From NCBI RefSeq assembly GCF_900079115.1, contig NZ_LT549890.1, forward strand, positions 450,001 to 482,000: a DNA stretch of 32,000 nt, written 5' to 3'. A model generated the notes under the pieces. The model saw nothing but the letters and a program-made list of their open reading frames with translations, was not told the origin of the DNA and did not search any database. Source of the stretch: Saccharolobus solfataricus (GTDB lineage Archaea > Thermoproteota > Thermoprotei_A > Sulfolobales > Sulfolobaceae). A program made the translations under genes and the position numbers. This document shows, one piece after another, positions 15,374 through 24,284 of the stretch (positions within the stretch are counted from its first letter, which is position 1; each line of letters begins with the position of its first letter).

Positions 15374-16234
15374 ATGAAATATTCTACACAGATAAAGGTG
15401 GAAATTAGTTCTAAAGTTGAATACATAACAGGGAAAAACTTAATACCCAAAATAAAGTCCATTTTTTCTAATATTGAGATAAAAATTGAAAATAGTGAGT
15501 TAGAAGATAAACAGTTCAAAGATTTTCTAAAATCGTATTATAACTTTTATGATAGTTCCAAGATAGATACCATTTTTATTATTGAAGTTAATTTAATCGA
15601 TGAAACTTATAGAGGACTTGGCATTGGTTCATACGATACAAAGACTAATATCTCGTCTCTCTATTTTGAGTGGGAATCAACAACTAAATATGAAGTGCAA
15701 GCTGCTAGTGGTGGCTCCATAATTTGCTGGGATTACTCTACTTATTCAAAAGCGTATCATGGTGCTGTTAACATAAGTTCTGTCGCGGGAACATTAGAAG
15801 GTTTTCCATTAGAAGCAAATGTTACATATTTAACCCTAAACGACGAGGGTGAGATAGTATTCCAAGGATATCAGAAAGGTATAGTTAAGACTATTAACGG
15901 GATACGAGTTGGTAAAGTTAAATTAGTTGGGCTTATTGATGAAAAATTCCGGTTGAATACTTCGCCGGGTTATGCAGTATATCTGACACAGAAAAATGAC
16001 AATATAATGTATGGAGTTTATAATCAGATACAAGTAGACCCCATGGGTAGAATGTATTACGAAACCGCCATTAGAGAATATAAAATATATAGTGGCAGAA
16101 AATTACCATTTGATGAGGTTATGATATTTAAATACAAAGATGCTAATTTCAATCAGATAAAGAGTAATAAAAGAATAGATTCAATGTCACATATAGCATA
16201 TTATATGCCGGCAAAAGACCCTTACGGGAAATAA
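15374..16234 (+). CDS. Hypothetical cytoplasmic protein (286 aa) with no recognisable motif
   Basis: Long ORF with an ATG start and no signal peptide or TM segment. Its stop is 2 nt before the next gene start. Confidence 0.6.
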   Translation: MKYSTQIKVEISSKVEYITGKNLIPKIKSIFSNIEIKIENSELEDKQFKDFLKSYYNFYDSSKIDTIFIIEVNLIDETYRGLGIGSYDTKTNISSLYFEWESTTKYEVQAASGGSIICWDYSTYSKAYHGAVNISSVAGTLEGFPLEANVTYLTLNDEGEIVFQGYQKGIVKTINGIRVGKVKLVGLIDEKFRLNTSPGYAVYLTQKNDNIMYGVYNQIQVDPMGRMYYETAIREYKIYSGRKLPFDEVMIFKYKDANFNQIKSNKRIDSMSHIAYYMPAKDPYGK

Positions 16235-16236
16235 TC

Positions 16237-16974
16237 ATGGTTGAGGAAGCCATTATTCAACTTACTGGAGGAATAGATTCCACAGTATTAGCGTATTATC
16301 TTAAAAAAGATAAATATGTGTTGCATGGAACTTTCATACATTACGGCTATCCTCCCCAGATAAAAGAATTAGAGTTAGTTAAAGAATTGTCTAAAAAGCT
16401 CGATATCCCTCTAAAGATTATTGATTTTTCCTCTTATATTAAGTCTTTCGATCTCCCTCCAATAGATTCTATACAATACATAATTAAGTACCAGTTCGTG
16501 GTAGAAATCCTAGCATCTTTTTCAGCTTATCCGAATCTAAATACCATGTTTGTGGGCTGGCTTAAGGATGAGTGGAATAATAGAATAAGTCTTTTGAAGG
16601 ATATTGAATCTCTTATGGGTTTTAAGGTTATAGCACCTTTTCACACAATGGTAAAAAGTGAAGTTATTAAATTGGGTAATGAATTAGGTGTAGATTTTAC
16701 AAAAACTCATAGTTGCATTGTATCTGGAAAAATGCACTGCGGCATATGTATGGCGTGTAGATCTAGAAGAAGAGCTTTTGAAGAGGTAAAAGTTAAAGAT
16801 CCTACAATCTACTACTATAATTTGCCTCCCGCTGAGGTAGATAAATTATCAAGGGAACTGAGCCTGGAGGAATTCGTAGAGAGATTTTTCAAACCATTCT
16901 TACAATATACCGGAGAATATCCTAAAGAATTTGTGGATAATTTAGCACATATTTTAAGAAAATATAACGGTTGA
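16237..16974 (+). CDS. QueC-like PP-loop ATP pyrophosphatase (divergent 7-cyano-7-deazaguanine synthase family)
   Basis: The N-terminal PP-loop is IQLTGGIDSTV (SGGxDS type). The C-terminal motif is HSCIVSGKMHCGICMACRSRRRAF, a C-x7-C-x2-C-x2-C zinc motif like that of QueC. Internal QueC motifs as I recall them (YGQ, VP.RN, YPDC) read YGY, absent and absent. Confidence 0.7.
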   Translation: MVEEAIIQLTGGIDSTVLAYYLKKDKYVLHGTFIHYGYPPQIKELELVKELSKKLDIPLKIIDFSSYIKSFDLPPIDSIQYIIKYQFVVEILASFSAYPNLNTMFVGWLKDEWNNRISLLKDIESLMGFKVIAPFHTMVKSEVIKLGNELGVDFTKTHSCIVSGKMHCGICMACRSRRRAFEEVKVKDPTIYYYNLPPAEVDKLSRELSLEEFVERFFKPFLQYTGEYPKEFVDNLAHILRKYNG

Positions 16975-18059
16975 ATGTAATGAAGAAATATGTTTTAACA
17001 TATAGGTCAATTATCTCATTTTTCGTAGGTTTCATGAGTTTTGCGTTCATAGCTTTAATGAAAATATCGGGCTTAAGTGGCTTTCAAATAGGATTAATAT
17101 TAAGTACCATATCAATATCTCAGTTTATTGCATATATTATTTTGATAGCCTTCTCGATAAGGAGAAATATCTTGGTCTCGGCAGCATTAGAACTTCTTAT
17201 ACCAATAATTTTAATTATCCAAAGAAGTGCTTTTACTTTCACCCTCTCTGCGATTTTTATGGGTATTGTCAACTCTATAAATTCTTCAGTTATAATAATT
17301 CAGAAAGAATTTACGAGAAAGGATTATTCAATAATGATGACCTTAACTTACGCCCTTAGCTTAGCAGGATTAGGAATATTTTACTTAAGTAAAATAATAG
17401 GAATAAATACCACCCTTCTTTTATTATTTATTCCCTTATTGTCTCTAAACTTAATATTAACATTAATGCTTAGATATGAAGAGAAGAAAGAGAGCTTGTC
17501 GGAACTCTACTCTTGGTTAAAGAACGTTGGAAAGTCAGTTTTAGTCTTTGGCTTCTTTGCGAGTTTAAGAAGGGTTCTAATTACAAGTTATATACCCTTA
17601 ATTCTCCTTACATTATTTTATACATATACTCCGCAAGAAATAAGTTTATACCTCATGATAATTCAAGTTCCTCTAATTATTTTCTTTTATCTAGGCCATA
17701 AAATAAGTGTGAGAATTTTCATAACGTTGTCTATAGTAGAATTAATTCTTTTCTTATCGCTTTCTATATTTTATCGGGAATCAATATTACTATTCTTATC
17801 CTTGATACTTTTAGCTAACATGTCTTCATCCTTAAGGGCTCCAGTTGTTGAAGAGACAGTAAATAAATTGTTAAATTTCAGTACAAAAATTTCTTCATTT
17901 TACCACTTGATGGATACGATCTTCTCGGCGTTAGCGTCAATCTTGCTTGCATTTATGGTAAAATTGGATTTGTTTTATGGAATTTTTGTAATAGCAGGGT
18001 TATCTTCACTCTTGCCGTCTTTATTTGTATACAAGGTTATGCTACAGCAAAGGAAATAG
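16971..18059 (+). CDS. Polytopic membrane protein with about 10-12 TM helices, MFS-like
   Basis: 362-aa hydrophobic ORF. It overlaps the stop of the QueC-like gene by 4 nt (TTG at 16971; an ATG lies at 16980). Confidence 0.6.
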   Translation: MNVMKKYVLTYRSIISFFVGFMSFAFIALMKISGLSGFQIGLILSTISISQFIAYIILIAFSIRRNILVSAALELLIPIILIIQRSAFTFTLSAIFMGIVNSINSSVIIIQKEFTRKDYSIMMTLTYALSLAGLGIFYLSKIIGINTTLLLLFIPLLSLNLILTLMLRYEEKKESLSELYSWLKNVGKSVLVFGFFASLRRVLITSYIPLILLTLFYTYTPQEISLYLMIIQVPLIIFFYLGHKISVRIFITLSIVELILFLSLSIFYRESILLFLSLILLANMSSSLRAPVVEETVNKLLNFSTKISSFYHLMDTIFSALASILLAFMVKLDLFYGIFVIAGLSSLLPSLFVYKVMLQQRK

Positions 18060-18231
18060 TAAATAAAATGTGTAACAGCAAGCAATCTCTAAAAATAATA
18101 GAGCTTTCGATATTTTTCAGAGACATGTTTAAGGCTAATAAAAAATAGATTTTTATAAAAGAAATTTATCTTATTCCGATAAGGATTAGGTACAAATATT
18201 CAGTCTTATGATACTATTTCCACTCCTTTAG

Positions 18232-18780
18232 GAAATTGTTTAATATACAATATTCACTCATCTTTCATAAGTAAGCTCAATAGTTTTGATTGTGGGGAAA
18301 AGGAGCAAAATGAGTTTATAAGGAGATTTGCGGTGGGACACTATCTGTCTGGAATAAACCACACTTTTCTACTAATCTGCAATAATGATTTAGCGGGCTT
18401 CGTTTCATTTTCCAGTTATTCTTATGCATTTACCGAAGGTTTTATTAGTAAAATTAGGGAGGCGAGAAAGGAGGAGTTCAGAAGAAAGGGTTTACCTCAC
18501 TAATTTGACGTAGGTTTCAAGAAGTTACCAGTGATACCTTTGGGACAGTTAGGTATAGATAAAAAATATTAGGGTAAGGGGTAGGGAGTGTTTTCGTTAG
18601 GAGTTTCATAATTCCCTATTCGTTAGGCTACTGTATCAGGAATAGTTGTATCGGAATTTTAGTTTATACAAAGACTTCTAAGGGATTTTACGAAAGACTG
18701 GGTTTTTAGCTAATTTATGAGGATAAGAACGGAGGCGCAAATTACTTTTACTCGTTATATAAAAACGTGTTAGAGGTCAA
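18232..18780 (+). pseudogene. GNAT acetyltransferase of the toxin-type family (FDCG motif), with several in-frame stops
   Basis: The first part reads ...SKLNSFDCGEKEQNEFIRRFAVGHY...RKGLPH then stop. The second part reads PVIPLGQLGIDKKY(stop)GKG(stop)GVFSL... and FYERLGF..., which resemble GNAT motif A. No usable start codon is present. Confidence 0.6.
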
Positions 18781-18919
18781 GTATAGGACTTTTCTTGCCC
18801 AACAATAATGCTTTTCTGATTAATTCTTCATCAACTTTCTCCTTCTTTATAGCCTTAATAAAATTATTAACTTCTTCATCAGTCTCTAAGATTATTTCTC
18901 CTTCTTCAACTCTAGCCAT
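18770..18919 (-). CDS. Small acidic ORF (49 aa), hypothetical
   Basis: MARVEEGEIILETDEEVNNFIKAIKKEKVDEELIRKALLLGKKSPILDL. It starts immediately after the TAA of ORF 18920..19105. It is below the length cut-off of the supplied ORF track. Confidence 0.3.
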   Translation of the reverse strand: MARVEEGEIILETDEEVNNFIKAIKKEKVDEELIRKALLLGKKSPILDL

Positions 18920-19337
18920 TTATTCCACTAATTTATACTCTCTAACTCTCACTTTAAATACTTTCAAGTTGGAAAAACCGTTTACTTGTTGATAAAGCTT
19001 AAATTCATGATTAGAAAGTTTGTGCCCGATGTTAGCTTTGTACTTAGGTTCTTTAAGTAAGTTGAAATATGAAGCAGTCCAAGAGGTTTTGTCAGAATAT
19101 AACATTAAGGCAAAGGCGATTCCATATAAAGTTGATTCTGGAGTAACCTCTAACTCCTTTTCAAGACGAGACTTATATAGGAGCTAAAAATAGAGCCTGC
19201 GCACTAATAAGAGAAATAAATGATGAAAACTCAGCTTACGTCGGCTTAGAAAGCGGGATAGCGAACATGTATAATACCCTGTTTGAGGAGACGGTTTGTG
19301 TTATATTATACAAGGGAAAAGAGTATGTAAGTTATTC

Positions 19338-20511
19338 GGGAGTGTTCTCATGCAGTCATCTTATTCGATAAGTATTAGTAAAATTATATTAGATGATCTC
19401 TAATATACTGTACTCCGCTCAAATAGGCTAAGTTCAAGGGAGTTTTCTCGTCTGTGAAAACTTGCGGGTACATGACGTTCAACAAGGCCAGGCTGTAGTC
19501 AATCATCGCCCTGCTCCTGTTTACGGCCTTCGTGTCCCTAGCTAGCCGAGCTAAGTGAGACCTACAGAATGAGTTGTAGCTCTCCACGGTGTGGGTGTAC
19601 TTCTTGCCCACAACGTGGTGATACAAGACTTGATAGATTGGGTAGTCGTCGGTGTAGTGGACCTCGCACTTGGGGAGTGACAGCCAAAGAAGACGGAAGG
19701 TGTTGTAGTCCCTGTCACCGGTGACAAAGAAGGGGACTCCGTCGATCAAAGCGTTCCAGATCCAGAGGTTCTGTCGTCTGGGACCGCGTCTCACGCGGAC
19801 GTAAGTCCAGCTCTCGTCTAGGACCGCGAACTTCGACCTGAAGGCCTTCAATTGGGCTTGCAAGATCGACAAGTCAACGTAAGCCTTCAAGGCTGCCCTC
19901 TTCACCGAGCTGTAGACCGTGGTCAATGGCCTTCCCTCAACCTTGGATATTCCCCTCAAGCTCATCCTGTTGGTGTACTCCCTCAAGATCCTCTCCCTCT
20001 GCTCCCTGCTCATCCTGTGACTCGCAGTTCCGTAAAAGGTCCTCCCGCAGACCTTGCACTTGTACTTGCTCTTCCCTCTGGACGAACCGTTCTTGATCAC
20101 GCGATCCGAGTTGCAGGAAGGACATCTCGGTCTCACGTCCTTCCTCCTCTTTACCCCGAGCTTCCTGGTGTAGTAATACAACGTGGAGGGCGGTATATTG
20201 AGCTTCGTGATCTGTACTCCCATCACGTAAGCTGCAATGGCTAATGCGATTTCCTCTGGCTTGTGCTTTCGGGGCTTAAGGTTTAAATTTCTTAGGACGA
20301 ATAGTATAAGTTGTGCGAGGGCCACGAGGTTCATGATGCCTACCTAAAGAACCTCGAGGTCCTCGCACATAAGTCTTTTCAATTCCACACGTCCTCAAGT
20401 CTTCAGGTCCACTCGTTGTAACGACTACAAAAATCCTTGAAGAGATTTCTTCATCACCTTAATATTTTTACTAATACTTATCGAATAAGATGACTGCATG
20501 AGAACACTCCC
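19338..20511 (-). mobile_element. IS1-family insertion sequence, 1174 bp (ISC1173 size class)
   Basis: GGGAGTGTTCTCATGCAGTCATCTTATTCGATAAGTATTAGTAAAA at 19338-19383 is mirrored at 20466-20511, giving 46-bp inverted repeats. No flanking direct repeat was recognised. Confidence 0.85.
19384..20334 (-). CDS. IS1-family transposase
   Basis: 316 aa with an N-terminal zinc ribbon CPSCNSDRVIKNGSSRGKSKYKCKVCGRTF (InsA-like). The C-terminal region contains ...LARLARDTKAVNRS... Confidence 0.8.
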   Translation of the reverse strand: MNLVALAQLILFVLRNLNLKPRKHKPEEIALAIAAYVMGVQITKLNIPPSTLYYYTRKLGVKRRKDVRPRCPSCNSDRVIKNGSSRGKSKYKCKVCGRTFYGTASHRMSREQRERILREYTNRMSLRGISKVEGRPLTTVYSSVKRAALKAYVDLSILQAQLKAFRSKFAVLDESWTYVRVRRGPRRQNLWIWNALIDGVPFFVTGDRDYNTFRLLWLSLPKCEVHYTDDYPIYQVLYHHVVGKKYTHTVESYNSFCRSHLARLARDTKAVNRSRAMIDYSLALLNVMYPQVFTDEKTPLNLAYLSGVQYIRDHLI

Positions 20512-20973
20512 CCCGACCATATAATCTTTGAGATAAGTAAGGGAAGGAAACATTACGAAATATTAAATGAAATTATTAAGGAAAAGAGTGTAAACCCTAA
20601 AGACACATGGGGAATATATACAAACTTTCGCTTAACAAGAAAAACTGAGCTAAAAGAAGCCTTTAGAAATGCGTTGATAACCTTGATTATAGATAATAAT
20701 TTAGAGTGATAGGTTCTCAAAACGTCTTAAACCTTTAGTCTTTCAAACTATAAATTTCCACTGCGGTAGTTACTGCGTTATTTCTACGATTTCGACATTA
20801 GAGGAATAGGCTCTCAATTTCTCCTCTTGTCGTTTGTTCAATAGTTTTTCATAATGTACATCAGCTTACTTTCCGTGAATTTAAGCGCTATAACCGATAA
20901 TGGATTCGGTCCTCCATTCTTTAGTTACCTTTTTATATTAAATATCAGAATTTTGTGCTTCTATAAAATTTTC

Positions 20974-21737
20974 GATAGTGTCGTCATTAAGCTACAAATT
21001 CAGGGATTAGCCTTCTCTCCCATAAGACTGGCGCTATGGAGTACTTCATCATGTTTATGCTCCTATTTACAGCCTTCGTTGCCCTCTTAAACCTAACAAG
21101 CCTATCCCTTAATGAGGAGTGCAAGGACTCATTGGGGTTAACGGGTGAGACTACCGTGTGATTTTTAACCAGAAATAAACGTTGTAATCGTCACTAACCC
21201 ACCATCATCTGGCAAGTGAACCTTAATCTCACGAAAAGTATTCTCATCCCTCACCTAAGACTAAATTATGTAAGCCCCCATCTTCGTGTAAGCGTAACAA
21301 GTGGAAACCCACTTGTAAAAAGTCCTAGTGTTTCTATACAAGTATGTCCACATCTCATCAACAATCTTAGTAACAACTTTACCCTTGACCAGCTCTTTAG
21401 CCTGATCCCACGAGCCTCTCGTGCTTCTGCCCACCATAACGCTTAATCCAGGTGAAAACAGTACCCAGAGGCACATTAAGTACCCTAGAAATAGCCCTCA
21501 TACTCATATTAGCATACTTCTTAAAGCCTCAACTCCCTGGAGTGATCGTGATAAATTGCGTTTGCAAGGAAGTACTTACCACAATCCCTACACAAATACC
21601 TCTGCTTATCCAGAGGCTTACCACACTTAACAACGTGATGACTATGACAAGAGGGACAAGCTATGCCTAATTACAAGCTTCCTACCCATAAGTAATGCTC
21701 GTTATACAAATATAAATAGCTTAATGACCACACTATC
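20974..21737 (-). mobile_element. Non-autonomous or decayed IS1-type element, 764 bp, with an 8-bp target duplication
   Basis: GATAGTGTCGTCATTAAGC at 20974-20992 and GCTTAATGACCACACTATC at 21719-21737 form 19-bp IRs with one mismatch. AAATTTTC occurs at both 20966-20973 and 21738-21745. Minus-strand remnants read CPSCHSHHVVKCGKPLDKQRYLCRDCGKYF and ...FKRATKAVNRS..., broken by stops and frameshifts. Confidence 0.8.
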
Positions 21738-21794
21738 AAATTTTCCACTGATAACTATAAGTAAATTAGTAATTCTATTAAGATAGAAACCGGA

Positions 21795-22258
21795 TTATAT
21801 ATATTATCGAAACCGTGAGGGGAAGGGGAATTGCTGTGAGTAACCTACTTGAAGGTATTATAGCAACGTTTATTCTAGTGAGGTGAGTAAGGAGTTAATT
21901 CCCGTTCTTCTTTCTTATTTTCCCTTGAATGTTTGGTTTTTTGTTAGTTCTTGGAGAAGGGTTAAGTTGCGGAAGTTTTGTCAATCTCTCTTGTAAGGGA
22001 TTGATGTGTTGCCTAGTTCAAGAGATCAAAGGGTAGGGGATTCTTAAGGGAAGTGTTTTCCACCAAGTCCAGCTGACTCTATGCTTCCCTTATTATTCAC
22101 GTTAAATAAATTCTTATCGTCAGTATATTCAGGAAAAATATTATTTATTAGATACAATAGGTCGAAATATATAATATTTTATCTAGATTATATGAATAAA
22201 ATTCAATTTATAATAGGTTTTCATTATCTTGAGATAAACGAGATTCCCATGCTGACTC
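21795..22258 (+). mobile_element. Diverged 3' fragment of an ISC1359-like element
   Basis: It is collinear with about 1300-1760. RGRGIAVSNLLEG corresponds to RERWGIENAFRSLEE, and ...FPLNVWFFVSSWRRVKL corresponds to ...LLNVWFLIRSWRKVKL. It ends in AAACGAGATTCCCATGCTGAC, compared with AAATGAGATTCCCATACTGAC. Confidence 0.65.
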
Positions 22259-22304
22259 GTATTAACCTCCCTAGCTATGTAGGTGGTCTTTAATGAAGAA
22301 TTAA

Positions 22305-22340
22305 TGCCGCCGCGGGGATTTGAACCCCGGACAACCGGAT
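22305..22340 (-). repeat. Perfect 36-bp duplicate of the tRNA-Met 3' exon (distal attachment-site copy)
   Basis: TGCCGCCGCGGGGATTTGAACCCCGGACAACCGGAT is identical to 24933-24968, in direct orientation. Confidence 0.85.
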
Positions 22341-22821
22341 GTCAAAAACGTTAAATTAATAGGCTTGATTTAACACCTTTGTGTTAAAGGGTTAATTTTC
22401 ATTCTAATAATATAATTTAGATTAAGTATTAGATGAAAGAATCTACATCGTATGAGACGTTAAACCCTTAAACACCTCAGTTACTTTATCATTCTCCTCT
22501 ATTCTAGTGTATAAATCTTGAACTTCTTGTCATAATATTTTATCTATAACGTGAATATTATTCCCTTTCGATTTTTGGAAATGTTGTTAAAAATAGATTT
22601 TTGTCATATTCGAACTTTTTAGACCAAATAACCAATATGCATTAACTTTTGCAGCTGATATTGTTATTATTGTCTCCTAACTTATTTTTCTGAGTGAAGA
22701 GACATTCTAAGCTTTTAAATACTAAACAACCAAGCACACTAACATTTCTAGTTCAAAAATTCGTTAATAGAGCATAGCAGACAAAGTTATAGCTCTGCAA
22801 GTTCATATTTAAACTGAGAAT

Positions 22822-22992
22822 ATGACTACTCCCATCAAGGTTATGAGGAAATATTACGCAATAGATTATAATAGAAGAATTGTTGCTGAGGCTGATTCTG
22901 AAGAGGAGATTGATAGGATCATGGAGAAGAAGGGTTATAAGAAAGGGACTTACGATATTTTAGTCTCCATCAAATATGTAGAGAGTCAATAA
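22822..22992 (+). CDS. Small protein (56 aa), translationally coupled to the next gene
   Basis: MTTPIKVMRKYYAIDYNRRIVAEADSEEEIDRIMEKKGYKKGTYDILVSIKYVESQ. Its TAA shares one nucleotide with the ATG at 22992. It is below the length cut-off of the supplied ORF track. Confidence 0.45.
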   Translation: MTTPIKVMRKYYAIDYNRRIVAEADSEEEIDRIMEKKGYKKGTYDILVSIKYVESQ

Positions 22993-23423
22993 TGTCTCGC
23001 GAGATAGAAGTACCTTTTGTCAAGGTTAATGATACGTATTTACCTTTACTTAAAGTGGAAATGGAGTGTCCAAAACTAGGTAGTGAGTATTTAGTTTACG
23101 CCCTTCCAGATACTGGAAGCAGGTTTTCTATCATTAGAAATGATACGTTCTTAAAGTGTTTTGATGAATCCTCGTTAAAAAATCGTTTAGTCGATAAAGT
23201 TATAATTTCTAATCTGCTCACTACAAAAGAAAGGTATAACATAAAATTTCATTTCGTGGAACTTAATGAGACATTACAGATACCCGTGACATCTTTAGAC
23301 TTCGTAAACTTAGGTGAGGGTATATATCCCAGCCTAATTTTAGGTAGGGAAGATTTCTTCTCAAGAATAATGATATGCTTCGAAAGAAACGTTAGACTAA
23401 TTATTAAGGCTAACGATCTTTAA
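22992..23423 (+). CDS. Retropepsin-like single-domain aspartic protease
   Basis: 143 aa with YALPDTGSRFSIIRND (a D-T/S-G active-site motif) and a later SLILGREDFF (an ILG.D-type motif), as in dimeric retroviral-type proteases. Confidence 0.5.
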   Translation: MSREIEVPFVKVNDTYLPLLKVEMECPKLGSEYLVYALPDTGSRFSIIRNDTFLKCFDESSLKNRLVDKVIISNLLTTKERYNIKFHFVELNETLQIPVTSLDFVNLGEGIYPSLILGREDFFSRIMICFERNVRLIIKANDL

Positions 23424-23769
23424 CTAAATATTTACAAATTTTCTTTAAATGTACAAAAAGTTCTATGCATTATCTTCTTACGTGGAGATTTTGTCTTTAT
23501 ACTCAACACTAATTAATTTTTTGATGAAACTACGGTATTTGAACATAGCTTTATCCTCTTTGATCCTCTTATTCATATCTTCGGTATCTGTTAAGGCTGT
23601 TAGCATCTCTATGCTGATTTAAGGACTTCTGTTGCATCTAGTTAGTTTTAAAAGATAATTGCACACTCTTTCAAACTATAACCTAGTTAGGTTAGAAGCA
23701 AAATAAGTGATGAATAGTGTTAAGGTATTCCATTATAGTTAACTTTTTTTTAAAGTTCTCAATTCTTCT

Positions 23770-24174
23770 ATGCCTCAGAGTTTAAAGCCTAAGAGTATTA
23801 AATTGTTGCATTATGAAGAGAAGAAAGATGATAAGCGAATTTTTAGACAAGGAGTGACATTAATAGAGTATGAAGGACAACCGTCAAAGATAATTCAATG
23901 GAGTCAGTTAATAGAGGGCGATCCTTTCGGTGACCACGAGATAACCTATAGGATAAACTACGGGTCTGAAAGCGAACTTAGAAGTTTTAAAGTGAAGTAT
24001 TTAGGAAGGGAAGGGGATAAGCATAGGGTTTTGATTAAGGAAGGAGTGTCTGGTTGTGGAACCAAGACTAAGAGGATAGAGAATAAGGAAGTACTAATAT
24101 CAGACAAACTATACCAACCTTACCCTTTGCAACAAAAAAATGAAGAAGGGAGAGATCCAAATCCGATAGAATGA
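23770..24174 (+). CDS. Hypothetical protein (134 aa)
   Basis: ORF with an ATG start and a charged, soluble-looking sequence. No motif was recognised. Confidence 0.4.
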   Translation: MPQSLKPKSIKLLHYEEKKDDKRIFRQGVTLIEYEGQPSKIIQWSQLIEGDPFGDHEITYRINYGSESELRSFKVKYLGREGDKHRVLIKEGVSGCGTKTKRIENKEVLISDKLYQPYPLQQKNEEGRDPNPIE

Positions 24175-24284
24175 GGAGTAAAAATTGCTTGCGGGCTAGG
24201 TGGAGAATATCTATGTCAGAAAGCTGGTCTATGTTGTTAGAAATTTTTTAAGTATTATGAATAATACTAACCGGGGGATAGGTT

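Larger units (their letters stand above)
19029..20709 (+). pseudogene. Non-canonical purine NTP phosphatase (DUF84/YjjX-like), frameshifted and split by an IS
   Basis: The N-terminal part MLALYLGSLSKLKYEAVQEVLSEYNIKAKAIPYKVDSGV starts at 19029. A frameshift at about 19140-19150 leads to SNLTPFQDETYIGAKNRA...VGLESGI. The IS occupies 19338-20511. The C-terminal part PDHIIFE...WGIYTNFRLTRKTELKEAFRNALI ends at 20709. Confidence 0.65.

Noticed and set aside
17513-17701. A 62-aa ORF in an alternative frame of the membrane-protein gene
   Set aside because: It is internal to, and out of frame with, the long hydrophobic ORF 16971..18059.
18795-19105. ORF 18795..18992 (+) and ORF 18920..19105 (-)
   Set aside because: The plus-strand ORF is a Ser/Leu-rich shadow of the 49-aa minus-strand ORF. 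The 61-aa minus-strand ORF overlaps the N-terminus of the DUF84-like gene and has only a vague RelE-like ending (VRVREYKLVE), so it is not supportable.
19852-20244. Plus-strand 130-aa ORF and minus-strand ORF 19937..20125 inside the IS1-type element
   Set aside because: They overlap the well-supported transposase frame and have Pro/Arg/Gly-rich shadow translations.
20854-21670. ORFs 20854..21090, 21216..21446, 21261..21476, 21421..21630 and 21452..21670
   Set aside because: All of them lie within or across the decayed 764-bp IS1-type element. The recognisable transposase remnants are on the minus strand and are broken by stops, so none is a functional gene.
22305-22420. A search for Int(C) after the distal att copy, and for Int(N) before the tRNA-Met (24845-24932)
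   Set aside because: The frames reading through the att copies give …CRRGDLNPGQPDVKNVKLIGLI then a stop, and CYSDIINLALTFSSSSSRKLLKLLANLVKVPPRGFEP…. Neither has integrase motifs, so there is no partitioned integrase here.
23520-23625. A possible C/D-box sRNA (TGATGA at about 23524 and CTGA at about 23615)
   Set aside because: The spacing of about 95 nt is too long, and no internal D'/C' boxes are present. A 48-codon minus-strand ORF also fits the region, and neither can be supported.
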